A stretch of DNA of 63,773 nucleotides, the filler included, from Globobulimina sp. (lineage: Eukaryota), in NCBI GenBank assembly GCA_003354225.1. It is 30 parts of 30 records of this genome, joined end to end, with 100 filler letters (N's around TTAATTAATTAA, not from the genome) between each part and the next. Parts side by side here need not be neighbours in the genome. Positions count along the whole stretch, not along the records: positions 48,979 to 51,006 come from PIVH01009623.1; positions 51,107 to 53,134 come from PIVH01009624.1; positions 53,235 to 55,262 come from PIVH01009625.1; positions 55,363 to 57,390 come from PIVH01009626.1; positions 57,491 to 59,518 come from PIVH01009627.1; positions 59,619 to 61,646 come from PIVH01009628.1; 24 more parts are not named here. The stretch is one strand, 5' to 3'. Below, one piece after another: positions 49,157 through 61,746 of this stretch. The notes below the pieces were generated by a model. It saw only the letters and a program-made list of their open reading frames with translations, was not told the DNA's origin and did not search any database. Positions within the stretch are counted from its first letter, which is position 1. The number at the start of each line of letters is the position of its first letter. A program made the position numbers and the translations under genes.

Positions 49157-51006
49157 ATGTCACTACTAGATGTCAGCAACCTCATCTTGACCTTGTTTGT
49201 CTCAATATCATATTTTGCAGCTCCCACTCAAACTATAGAGAACGAAGGTGGTATAATATTGCGCGATGGCAATAATTATGGTGACGAGCCATACTATGGA
49301 CGCGTTGAAATATGTCATAATGGAGAATTTGGTATGATTAACGATTATGTAACAGCAACAAAATTAAAAACGAAATGTAAATATACTATACATATAGGCA
49401 CAATTTGTGATGACCTCTATACTGGGTTTACAGGCGGAGGGAACCCTCAACAAAATATGGATAATGCGTGCAATGTAATATGTCAACAATTAGGTTATAC
49501 CACATGTGATAGCACAGAGGGATTAATTGATAATAATTATGATCGCCCATTCGCTAATCCCGGGATAGGACGAATATGGTTAGATGATACTGTTTGTGAT
49601 GGAACCGAATCAAAAATTGGTGATTGTACACACGATCCATGGGGTACAGAGAACTGTGGACACACTGAAGATATTACAATTAGTTGCAGTGGTTTTGTTG
49701 GTGGTGGATATATATCAACAGAGTGTGTCCAAACACCATCACCAACAGCAGCTCCCACACCATCTCCAACACCGTCCCCAACACCGTCTCCAACACCATC
49801 TCCAACCAAAAATCCAACCGAAAACCCAACAAAATATACAACAGATAATCCAACAAAATATCCAACAAAATATCCAACAAATAATCCAACAAAATATCCG
49901 ACAAATAATCCAATAATGAGTCCAACAAATGATCCCTCTGTGAGTCCAACAAAAAGCCCAACTGATCAACCAACCGGTTTCCCATCACAAATACCGAGTG
50001 ATTCACCAACATTGCTACCAACACAGAGTCCGACAGGTTAATATTCTATTTGTATACAGAAACGTTTGCATATATCAAATTATAAATCCATTTATGCAGA
50101 AGGTGAGGGAACATCGATTGTGGCCACCGATCCTCCCACAACAGCTGATGCGGATGGACCGACCAATGAGATTACCACTACGCAAAATGAGTCCGATGGT
50201 GATTTAAATAATGTTTCAACAGATGCAGGTGCACTAATATTGGAGAAATTAATTTTCATATTTATCGGAGCCACTTCATGCATTTGTGTATTATGTTTTG
50301 TTTTATTAATCAGACAGCAAAAACAGCGGCGGAATATGTTGCGGATCGCTGGAATTGCAGCAAGCAATAAGTTAAAAATGCAGTGTAATACATCGAGTGT
50401 GTCCCCAATCAGCGGCAGTCATGAACGAAATGCATCGTCCATTTGTATGACTGGTATTATGCATCACGACGATCCGAAAGAGCATGAACCCATGAAACAG
50501 AGATTTGAGAGAGTACAGACTCAGTCAGCTATAAATCCTCTTCATATGCATATGGCTTCCACTTCAATGCATTTTGATGCTGTAGTTCTTGCTCCGGGAA
50601 GCTTTGACAATGCCAACTTAATAATTAATAATAATTCTTTTGGCGGACAGGATGACGATGTGTTGGCAGAAATAAATGAGTATAACAGCGATGTTGCTGT
50701 TATGGATGGGTTAAAGATCAGTAATACGGGAGGTGATATTGATGGAAATACCGATGATATTGATATCGATGGTGAAATGGAAATGGATGATGTGATAAAT
50801 GGCAGTGATGTCGATACCGGAGCTGATGTGGATGGTGAGATAAATATGGAAGAGGATAGCAATGAAAATATGGAAACTGATCAGATAATACTTGCAATTG
50901 GTAGTTTTGATATAAATAAGGTCGATATGGATGAGATAATAGTTGATGAAGATGATACATTGGGTGATGTGGGTAATGATATTATTACAATCGGTGGTTT
51001 TGATGA
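49157..51006 (+). CDS. SRCR-domain, PT-repeat, single-pass receptor-like protein; introns 49332-49397 and 50037-50099
   Basis: Signal peptide, GRVEICHNGEFG|TICDD, VICQQLG, IWLDDTVCDGTE, CGHTEDITISC, PT stalk, TM, acidic tail. Confidence 0.93.
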
Positions 51007-51106
51007 NNNNNNNNNNNNNNNNNNNNNNNNNNNNNNNNNNNNNNNNNNNNTTAATTAATTAANNNNNNNNNNNNNNNNNNNNNNNNNNNNNNNNNNNNNN
51101 NNNNNN

Positions 51107-52360
51107 TCTTCCTGCTGCGACTGCAGCTCCTTCCGCTATAATTGCGTCACTTTTATATATAAAATCGAAAACTTTATAATACTGCGGTTGAGCCAAATTC
51201 TTCCGCGGTACCCGAATAATGTTATTATTGGCTGTCTGGAATGAATATTTAATCTCTACCAATTCTACCAAAAATAAAAGGTTTTCCTGTATCACATTAT
51301 ATGTATACAGTCATTGCAGTGTATATATTATATATTACATACTGTGGAGAATTCTGTCACCAAATATTGCATAAATATGATGAATGACTGATAGTCGGAT
51401 ATTACGATTTCCATTGCTTTGGAAGAGCGAACATAGTCAGATTTATGTGGCGTATCTTGAAAGGAGAGGTATAATTCATTTGATAGTAGCTGCTGTCGGA
51501 TAAACCAGATCGGATAAACTGTACTCATCAAACCAATGGAAATGATCAGAATATATTTGATTGGCATATGTAGCAACCACACAATGCGAGTTGATGCTGG
51601 ATTGACCCCTACGAAGATTACGGTGATCAACAAATCCAAGCATAGAGAACACGCAACGCCTAAACATTGATAGCGTATTTCGTGCCGAATGCCATATATA
51701 TCCACCAATGTTTTGCTTTTATGGAAGATAAATAATGCCATTACAATCAACATGGACTGAATGGATGCGTTCAACACAAAATGCACAATTTCCTGAGCTG
51801 ACAATTAATATACAATCCGGCAGTCAAAAAAGAGGCACAGAGACAGATACAAACATACATAAAAGATAGGGTACGATGGTTTGAATTATAATGGAGAAAA
51901 GGTAAGGAATTAATGCTATTTTAATGCAAAATACGGTGTTTCCAAATGTTTGCTTGTTTGAGATATACCAATCGGTGTCGTTTGGATTTATATCTTTTCG
52001 CCATGACAGAGTGGCAATGGCTATGTTATAGTTTTGTTTATAGTACAAATGATACACTTTAATGATAAATAAAAACATTATGAAATTCCATGTGAATGAT
52101 AAAAGCATATAAATCATCCAAACGGGAATGTTGAGTATTAACCACACTTTGGAACATAACAGAAATGTACGCTCGACAACGACGGAAAACAGGATGGCAA
52201 TGTTTATGGTATAAACTAACGTGGCACTCCGATGCATTTGAGTGTTATTTGTCGATTTGGAGGTTTGATAGAATGCACGCAAAGAATACACCAATATCGG
52301 ACATAACACGAAATAGTCGATGATAATAAATATCAGGGCAGTAACATCAATCGAATCCAT
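51107..52360 (-). CDS. Multi-TM (7TM-like) RGS-domain protein, 2 introns, 3' truncated
   Basis: Hydrophobic helices, DIYGIRHEI, then RGS start FIIFMQYLVTEFST|ENLLFLVEL. Confidence 0.85.
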
Positions 52361-52425
52361 GTTCAAAATGAGACTGAAGTTACAACTCGAAAATCTTTCT
52401 AAAGCATAAGTGCGGCGGTGGAATA

Positions 52426-53134
52426 ATGCAACAACGATCCGATTGGAGCTGCCGTTTTCATGGTTCAGCGAAAGGATGCAAAAATGGTGTTCGATGCCGC
52501 TACAATCATTCGTATCCAAATTCTGTTCCATTATGCCGGTTTTATAAAAGTGGCTGTCGAAATGCAAATCGTTGCAAGTTTCGGCACATTAAGTATCCAA
52601 ATGACCAACAGTCCACATTTGATGAGTTTGGATCGACAACGCATGAAATACTGATATATGGATTCATTCGCGAAGTAAAAACCAGTCACATTGTACCAAT
52701 TGAAATTATCTATGTTTGTAAGACATTTTGTGACTCGATTATTCCCGCATTAATTAGAACAATACAGCCCAAAACCTATCGATTCTCTTTGCTTGAAACT
52801 AAAATCAATGAGTTTTGTTGTAATGTATTGGAAATTGGTAAAGAAGCATCATTGGGAATTGCTCGTGCGATAACATTTAAATATTTACATTCTGATGGTG
52901 TTGATGATGATGATGATGATGTGTTATATAATATGTTCTATGATGAAAACGCGCATTTACGGAAATTAGTGTTGCGAATAAAATTTGAACAGGAAATATT
53001 TGCAAATTATTCTTTTACTGATAGACATAGAAATATTTCAAATATAATATATAACAAATTAAGACCAAAAGTTGAGCCAATATATAATTTGATGATGCAA
53101 CAGAATATCTATAAGAATGCAGACAATGGCTTGA
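52426..53134 (+). CDS. Tandem CCCH zinc-finger protein, truncated
   Basis: CRFHGSAKGCKNGVRCRYNH and CRFYKSGCRNANRCKFRH. Confidence 0.85.
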
Positions 53135-53234
53135 NNNNNNNNNNNNNNNNNNNNNNNNNNNNNNNNNNNNNNNNNNNNTTAATTAATTAANNNNNNNNNN
53201 NNNNNNNNNNNNNNNNNNNNNNNNNNNNNNNNNN

Positions 53235-53847
53235 TGATGATGCGTATGTAGCAGATGGTTATGAGTAAGAATATGTTGATAATGATTACGTATTTGAGGA
53301 TAATGAAGAAGGTGATTATTATGATGATTTGCATGAAAACTATGCCTATGACGATGTATATGGTGATAGTGATGTAAATAATGAGTATGATTCATATGGT
53401 GATGCAGAGAGTGATGGAGATGTATATAATGAGTATGACAGAGAGAGTGACGAAGAGAGAGAAGAAGCAATATATGGTTTTGGGCATAAAATAGCAATCT
53501 CATCAACTTCGTTTTGGATTTTACAAATTTCATCCATTTTCTTTGGTGGATTGATCGTGCTTTGTGTGACCTGCTTTTTTGCCATACTAAAATATGAAAG
53601 GAATGAGAATGATAAAATATATAACTTTGATTTTGGATTTAATTCATTTGATAAGCCGGATATTACCATTCCATTGAAAGTGGGATTAGATGAATGGAAT
53701 GAGAGTGGGAGTGGCAGTGAGAGCGATAATGATAATGATAGCAGTCAAAGTGCGACAGAATTTGAAGAGAATGAGCAACCGCCCGGACATGTTGACATTA
53801 TAAGTGATGCAAATTCAATTGACCCTCTTGTTCAAGGCTTGAAATAA
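53235..53847 (+). CDS. Acidic single-pass membrane protein, C-terminal part
   Basis: D/E/Y-rich repeats, TM helix, acidic tail. Confidence 0.6.
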
Positions 53848-54085
53848 AACAACACAAAAAAAATATTATCAATGGCATTGTGTTGCTATTTTTTCTTTTA
53901 TTTTTTTTTGTTAATTCTGTTAATTTTGTAAAATTTATAGATTGGATATGAATAATAAATGTGTTTCTTTTTTCGTGCTTCATTGTAAATACATTATCGT
54001 TGAGCATGTGTTACAATTTCCGCGTTGAGATTGACTGGTTTTTTTTAAACCTTTAATAGTGTGTTTCTATTGCAAGGCTAGAAGC

Positions 54086-55262
54086 ATGTCACAGTGCCCA
54101 AAGCCGTTATATATTCTACACATTACATTATCAGTTGCATATGGTCTGTTAACACCATTTTACGGTGGTTTAGGTGGCGACAGTATTATTCACGTTCATC
54201 AAGGACAAATAACTGGTATTGCATTGTGGGGAACAGTCCCATGGGAGAGTGACAATGGATTATCGATTAACAACTGGGAGAGTGACAATGCCAGTCCGTT
54301 GGCACAATTAGGAACAGGTACTATTACCAATAACTGTACGCCATTCACACTCTCAAGCACTAGTAATGAAAATATTAATGGATATCGCATTATTTATGAC
54401 ATGGTGTTTCCTCGTTTTATAGGATTTCACACCTCCGATAATAATACATATGTCTGTAATATATCATCACCACTCATGAATAATTTAACTAATTTAACTG
54501 ATACAAACTGGATTATTTATGAAAATTCTTATTTAGTGGGATTTCGGGCTAAAATTGGTGCTGTAATTGATTCAATATCATTCCAATTCGATTCAAATTA
54601 TAATCCATTACAATTATTTAAAACAGGAAGATTAGGGGGACCTGGCGGTATTTTGTATGATGAACAATTTGATAAAGGCAGAATAAATGCAATTACTGAC
54701 TGGGGACATACATCAAATAGCGATTTTGGTGGAGTGCAGATTCAAGGATGGCACAGTGATAATTTCAATTCAACACACGGCTATGGCGAGGTTGACCTAT
54801 TTAAAGCATGTACAGCTTTTACCTTAACAACCAATGAATATATTAATGGATATCGTATAAAGTGGAATGACTTAGTTCGATATATTGGCTTTCACACTTC
54901 ATTGAATAGGACGCACGAATGCGAAGCAATCGCACGAATGTTATTAAATCTATGGAATGATACTGGATGGAAAATTGTCGAACATGATGCATATTTATCA
55001 GGATTCTGGGTAATTTATGGCGGTGTTATTGATGCCGTTGGATTACAGTTTACGATACCACAATCTCCTACGTTCGATACAACGCAACCAACACAATCAC
55101 CTATAAATATACCTACTATACCTATTGTAACAACGTATGGCAACAATGTTTTTTTTTTCTGTCTACTATACCTCTTTAAGGTAGTACCGGAACTAAGCAA
55201 TATAAGGCTAGATTCACGAGAATTCAATGGAATTCAAAAATTCTTTCAACACACAATAGCTA
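54086..55262 (+). CDS. Secreted/surface protein with two jacalin-like lectin domains
   Basis: Two repeats GG.GG...E.INGYRI...FIGFHTS...YL.GF...G.VID.[IV]..QF, then a PT stalk. Confidence 0.8.
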
Positions 55263-55362
55263 NNNNNNNNNNNNNNNNNNNNNNNNNNNNNNNNNNNNNN
55301 NNNNNNTTAATTAATTAANNNNNNNNNNNNNNNNNNNNNNNNNNNNNNNNNNNNNNNNNNNN

Positions 55363-56201
55363 GGGCATATTGATTTAGTCAAATTATTGCAACAAAAACA
55401 AGGTTTTAAATTGGTTGTCGATCATTGTGTGAAAGAGTACGCATTGGAGAATCTATTATGTATCATCGAACTCAATCAATTCAAGAAATATTACATCCAA
55501 TATATGTATGTGCAGTCTGTATACAAATTATATACACACTGTTTTATGCATATTTATATACAAACTGTTTTTGCAAAATATATAGCAATGAAGATGCGGA
55601 TGGGATTGCGAGGAAAAACGAATTTTTATCAGATTTGATTGAGTTTTATCCATCCATTCCGCAGTCGAAAATTGTGTTGAACACCGAAGGCAATTTGAAG
55701 GATAAATTTATATTTTTGTACGAGAAATATATCGATTCAGGCAAGGCTTCGTGGGAAGTAAACATCGCAGCATTGTCCAGAAAACATTTGTTGACTCAAT
55801 ATATGCGATTAAATAATCAGAAGTTGCGAGATGGAGAAAACAGATTAAATGTAAGAACACAATCCGTTAATTCGTCGTCATCGCATTTGGAGTATGACTC
55901 CATTTCAAATAAGGAAATCTATCAAATCATCACTTCATTTAATGGCGCAATAAAAGATGTTATTAAATGTTTAAACGATTCCTATTCGAGGTTCCATGTG
56001 ACAAAGGAATATAAAAAATGGCACCAACAATTTGTTGTAAATGGGAAATTGAAAAATAGTAAAAACAATGAGAGTACTTTCAAAATAAAAGCAAAAATAT
56101 TGTGTGATGTGCCGTCGATTAATGATGAACATGAGGACGAAAAATATGAGAATGATACAAATCAAAATGATAACATTGATATAGAGTTGCAAATAGAATA
56201 A
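55363..56201 (+). CDS. RGS-domain protein, C-terminal part; intron 55506-55585
   Basis: HCVKEYALENLLCIIELNQFK, LYEKYID...WEVNI, LNDSYSRF. Confidence 0.88.
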
Positions 56202-56445
56202 CAAATAAATAAAATAGTGTCTATGTGTTTTGTCATATAATTGTGTTGCTTATCTTTTGTATTTTTTTATGTTGTGGCAAATTCCGCATTGTTTCCTTTG
56301 ATTTCGGAAATTCCGCATTGTTACCTTTTTGTATCGCAACGATAAACATTTATTTGCTGTCACCGTGCACGCTAAAACTGGCTGAAATGCAACGAGAAAG
56401 TATTCAACTTAAAACAGTATAAAATAATATATTATAATATCGGGA

Positions 56446-57390
56446 TTAAGTGTCGACATCGATTCGACATAAAGGACAATTGCCTTTTAATTGCACCCAT
56501 TGAACAATACATTCTTTATGAAAGCCATGATTTTTACAAGTCGATAACTGTACAATTAATCCGTTACACTCCTCTTCCACATTAAACTCATGCAAACAAA
56601 TCATGCATTTCCTATCATTCTCATCCAAATCTTTCAACAGCAATTTCTTAAACAAATTGTCATCATCAACACCAATCCGCCGCACCTCCCTTCTCGTGCC
56701 AGAATCACTATTTATTTGATAAAAATACGTCGAATTCTCATCAAAATCATGATGTTGATCATCTGTTGGATGCTTTACCTTTTTCCTATGCTTTTTCTTC
56801 CTGTGTTTACCGTGTTGTTTATCAAAATATATTCTGTACAAATTGGGACTCGCCGCAAACCATCCTTTGCTTAATGAAACCTCCTTCGCTCCATTTTTAT
56901 AACCGGTCTCTATCTCTGTGGTCTCTGGAATGCCATAAGTTATCCACTACAGACACAGACAGTGCATTTAGTGCAAGGATATGAGCATAGCACATAAAAA
57001 AATAGACTAAACTCTATCAGCTGCCTTCCACTGCCACTGTGCCGGCAAATTTTTCACTTCAAAGCGTGAATAAAAGCACATTACACAATGTAACTCAGAC
57101 GCTGCATTCACAAATGTGCCTATATTATAATGGAAATATAGAGTTTGGAGCAGAAGATAAGAGCAAATAACACACATTTTTCACAATTCCATGGCACGTC
57201 GCCTCCGACTAAATTGGTCATATCTTGTTCTTGTTCGTTTTTGTCATGGACAGGTTGGCCGTACATTGCATCTGAATATCCATTAAAATCCATGGGAATA
57301 TGTGTATTGTTGTTGTGGTTGTTGCTGTTATGATGTATCGGTGGTGCGATATTATATTGATTTATATCATTGTTATTTGATTTTTTAATT
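56446..57390 (-). CDS. RING-H2 E3 ligase, C-terminal part, multi-exon
   Basis: CMICLHEF...CKNHGFHKECIVQW...CPLCR. Confidence 0.88.
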
Positions 57391-57755
57391 NNNNNNNNNN
57401 NNNNNNNNNNNNNNNNNNNNNNNNNNNNNNNNNNTTAATTAATTAANNNNNNNNNNNNNNNNNNNNNNNNNNNNNNNNNNNNNNNNNNNNGTTTGTTGGG
57501 GAAATGAAGGTGCTATAAAACGATGGTATAAACATGGCGAGAAGTCAGGGGAATATGTTAATGCATGGGATTCAACAACACATTCTGGGTTCTGACCTAT
57601 TAAACAAATATTAATGATATACAATTTACATTAAACTACGACATATTATATACTCTTCTTCCTATCACTCCCTCCCACAAGTGAGTTGTTGATGGTTGCA
57701 TCTTGCATCCAACCCAAAATCAAAAACCTTCTCAAACCTTCTCAAAAATTTTAAG

Positions 57756-58860
57756 ATGGTGTCGTTTTTGTTGCTTATTTCATTGATGGTATTAAATTCC
57801 GCAGCGCCTTCAACCTGGTCAACATCTGGTTTATCCTCAGGTGGCTTCTTTACTGTCCAAATGAGTGTCGCGTATTCATCTGAATGCATTGGGGTTGGCA
57901 TAGTTGCAGGTGGTCCATATTATTGTGCAGAAGATTCAGAAACAGCGGCATTAACAGCATGCATGTCAATGCCGATTCAAATAAATGTTCAAAAATTAGA
58001 AACTGAAACTGAGAATTTTGCAAAAGAAGGATTGATTGATGACACTTTGAATATTGCAAAACAAAAAATATATTTATTTAGCGGACAAAAGGATGTTACA
58101 GTCCAAAGTGGGGTGGTTAAAGATTGCCAGACCTATTATAATGATTATGGTGCTACGGTACGTATCACATTACATATACACTATAAATATATATATATAT
58201 AAATGCATGTCATGTACAGACTCATTTAGATGCCTCACAAGATTGTGCGCATGGAATGGTGACAAATTATTATGGGAATCGATGCGGTGCCATTGCGTCC
58301 TCGCCATATATTATTAATTGTGATTATGATTTAGCTGGAAAGCTACAGTATTGCAATATATTTATTCAAATACATTAAAAGCTGCTGTATCACCCACTGA
58401 TGTGCCATATAACAATGTGCTTTCTGTGGATCAGAGCTCCTTTATTCCAGCAGGTAGCACTGCATCGGGCATATCATTGGAGAAAGTGGCGTTTGTTTAT
58501 GTGTCAACAAATTGCTCCATTGCTCCAATGCCAGATGGATGTATATTGCATGTGGTGTTTCATGGTTGTCAACAAACATTGGATACAGTGATGCTTCCAT
58601 CTGGAAAGAAGTTCAATGATACATATGTGCGGAATACTGGCTATAATGAATGGGCGGAACCAAATAATATGGTGGTATTATATCCGCAGGCGGCCATTAA
58701 ACAACTTGCGAATCCAAATGGTTGCTGGGATTGGTGGGGTTATAATACAAAGAATTATGCATTTAGACAAGGAAAACAAATGCAAACTGTCCATAACATG
58801 ATGCAGTATGTAATGACTGGATCGACAAAAGAACCAATAATAAATGTAAATATATTGTGA
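57756..58860 (+). CDS. Secreted poly(3-hydroxybutyrate) depolymerase-like esterase; intron about 58158-58218; frameshift at 58344-58350
   Basis: Signal peptide, SGLSSGG (catalytic Ser), GIVAGGPYYCA, FSGQKDVTV, AHG, LHVVFHGCQQ, NPNGCWDWWGY. Confidence 0.9.
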
Positions 58861-58977
58861 GTTTAATGCATAATTATTATAATCAATTTTATATTGCTCA
58901 TTTCGAACCATCTTGAAAATGCTTAAACAAAAACAAAAACTAAAAAAAGTTCAAACTTTGGGTTTTTTTTTGCAAAC

Positions 58978-59518
58978 ATGAAGCTCTGGTTTGTATTAAT
59001 TGAATGGTTGAGTTTACAAAATGAAATTAATGGACAGAATAATGCAAACACTTTTGATATATGGAACGCAGAAGAATGGAAACTGCAGAATCAACATGGA
59101 ATTGAACCTGGCGGAATAAAGTTTTGTTATCAACCTTGGCATCCATATACAATACGGAAAAATGCGCCAAAAGTTTAGTTTCAAATATGATGCAAAAGGA
59201 TCAGAGAGCATTTGTGTGTTGACAGGTTATTAAATGTGACGGTAATGATATATTATGGGTGTCGTATCAGGTCCATCTGCAACAAATATACAAAAGTAAA
59301 CTGGCATCACTTAATGATCGGTTTGCCGTCGTTATTAGCCATGGACATGAATGCGATGAGCCATTCCCAAACATACATGAAGCCTCGCAAGCAGACTGCC
59401 ATAATTTTGAAGAATTGTATATATTAATTTTTATCTGTTTTCTCTGTGTACATTATTCATTGTAAATATATAGCAATGCTGTGATGGGCGAGAAATGTGT
59501 CAGAAAAAGTGTTGCTGT
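58978..59518 (+). CDS. Hypothetical secreted protein, multi-exon, truncated
   Basis: ATG plus hydrophobic start; exon frames joined by short GT-AG introns. Confidence 0.45.
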
Positions 59519-59921
59519 NNNNNNNNNNNNNNNNNNNNNNNNNNNNNNNNNNNNNNNNNNNNTTAATTAATTAANNNNNNNNNNNNNNNNNNNNNNNNNN
59601 NNNNNNNNNNNNNNNNNNAATGGGATCATAATCATAAACAACTGATAGTTTGCGGTTTTATGCATTTATACGGTATAAATCTACCAAAAGCATTGATATC
59701 ACTTTGTGCGGAATTCACGGAAATAAATTTAAAGCCACTCAGCATAAATAAAACCAATGATTTGAAGGGTTCTGCGTCCGCGGGTTGGATAGATATTGTT
59801 GGCAACGCAGAGATTGGTTTTAACGCAGACTATTCATATCGAACTTGTTTCTCGCGACCTTAATTATCGATCGTTTCTACCTGTTTCCAGTATTCCGTTT
59901 TTTTTATCCACATCTTGCTCC

Positions 59922-60828
59922 ATGGCGGCCGAAGCAGACCAAACATTAAAAGAAGAAGCAACAAACGAACCAGAAGCAGAAGCCAAAGAAGCTAAACAAG
60001 AAGAAAAAAAACAAGAAGACAATGCAGATAACAAAGAGCTTGAAGAAGGACATTGGTTGGCTTTAGAATCTAACCCAGGGCCTTTAAATAAATTTGCATC
60101 ACGCATGGGATTGCCAGATGCTTTCGCTTTTTGTGATGTTTATGGTTTAGATGCCGAGTTATTAGCCTTTGTGCCGCAGCCCGTATTAGCTGTGATGTTA
60201 TTATTTCCATCATCGGACGCCATCAAAGAGTATAAATTGAAGCAACAACAACAACTCACAAAAGACCCGCAAAAAATTAATAAGGATTTATTTTATCTCT
60301 ATCAACATGATAAGTTAACTGACAATATATATATCACATTTGCTTTTATATCATCGCTAGCTCACAAATCGATGCATAATCAGCATAGGCAATGCTTGTG
60401 GCACTATTGCGATGATTCATGCATTGAGTAACAATGCCATTGCAAAGAATTTTAATTTAAAAGAAAGTGCGTTGACCAAATTTATGGATAAGACCAGAAA
60501 AATGGATTGGAGTGAACGTGGATGGGAGTTATTGAAAGCAAAGGACATTCAGGAAGGATCTGAACGGGCTGCCATGGATGAAGAGGATAATCAAACTGAA
60601 GCGCCATCAAAAGATGATAAAACCAATGCACATTTCATCACATTCATACGTAAAGACGGTGAATTGTATGAGTTGGATGGAAGGAAGAAATTTCCGGTGT
60701 CTCATGGTAAAACTAATGGTGCCTCGTTTTTAACTGATGTTGCTGTTGTTGTCAAGGAGAAATTCATGGCTGTTGATCCAAACAATGTCAACTTTAATTT
60801 AATGGCCTTAGCTGCGAAACAGCAGTGA
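59922..60828 (+). CDS. UCHL3: Ubiquitin C-terminal hydrolase (peptidase C12, UCH-L3-like), 1 intron
   Basis: WLALESNP, DVYGLDAELL, QHDN|IGNACGT (catalytic Cys), HFITF, LYELDGRK. Confidence 0.94.
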
Positions 60829-60900
60829 TCAGACTGTACTGTACTGTGTCTGTAATTTATTTATAGTATGAAATCTTACTGGCAAAAAACTTGTTGTGCT

Positions 60901-61646
60901 ATGTCTCATTCTCAGACCATGTTCACCAAAATACTGAAAAACAATGTATGGCTATCAACATCTAAACGATTGCACAACATGCAACACCATAACATCCACA
61001 CCAAATTCGCCATTGTCGGTGGCGGCACAGCAGGAATGAACGTAGCAGCGCACTTACTATCCTCCAAAACCTGTCATCCCTCAGACATCACTGTGTTCGA
61101 ACCGCGTGACACCCATTATTATCAACCGAGTTTCACCATGATCGCCGGCGGTGTATTAGGCGACGATGACACCGCCGTACGGCAACGACTGGGCGGTCTA
61201 TCTCGAAAACCAATGCATCAGGTCTTCAATTCCAATATCAATTTCATCAAAGACTCGATTGGCGCCTATGATGCCGAACAGAATCGTCTATATACTCAGA
61301 ACACGGACACGCAATTCACGTACGACATATTGATCATGTGTAGCGGCATCGAGCTTCGCTATGATTTGATTGAGGGCTTAGTCGACGCATTGGAGGACCC
61401 ACAGTCTCCCGTTGGCTCTATGTTTGACATCAATTATGCGCTGAAAATGAATAAAGTACGCACCAAGTTTCGCGGTGGAAAGGTCATTTCAACGCAGGCT
61501 CCGATGCCCTTTAAATGTGCCGGCGCGCCACAGAAATTTATATATTTGACCGAATATAACTTCCGTACTATGGGCATCCGGCAAGACATCGAATCATTTA
61601 AATTCTACACAGACTTAAGTTGCATGTTCGGGGTCAAAAAATATAA
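60901..61646 (+). CDS. SQOR: Sulfide:quinone oxidoreductase (type II, mitochondrial-type), truncated
   Basis: Basic presequence, IVGGGTAG, HYYQPSFTMIAGG, FKCAGAPQK, MFGVKKY. Confidence 0.92.
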
Positions 61647-61746
61647 NNNNNNNNNNNNNNNNNNNNNNNNNNNNNNNNNNNNNNNNNNNNTTAATTAATT
61701 AANNNNNNNNNNNNNNNNNNNNNNNNNNNNNNNNNNNNNNNNNNNN

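Noticed and set aside
2031-61746. TTAATTAATTAA recurring every ~2.13 kb as a biological repeat or array
   Set aside because: Always centred in N runs; it is an artificial six-frame-stop linker. No synteny across linkers is meaningful.
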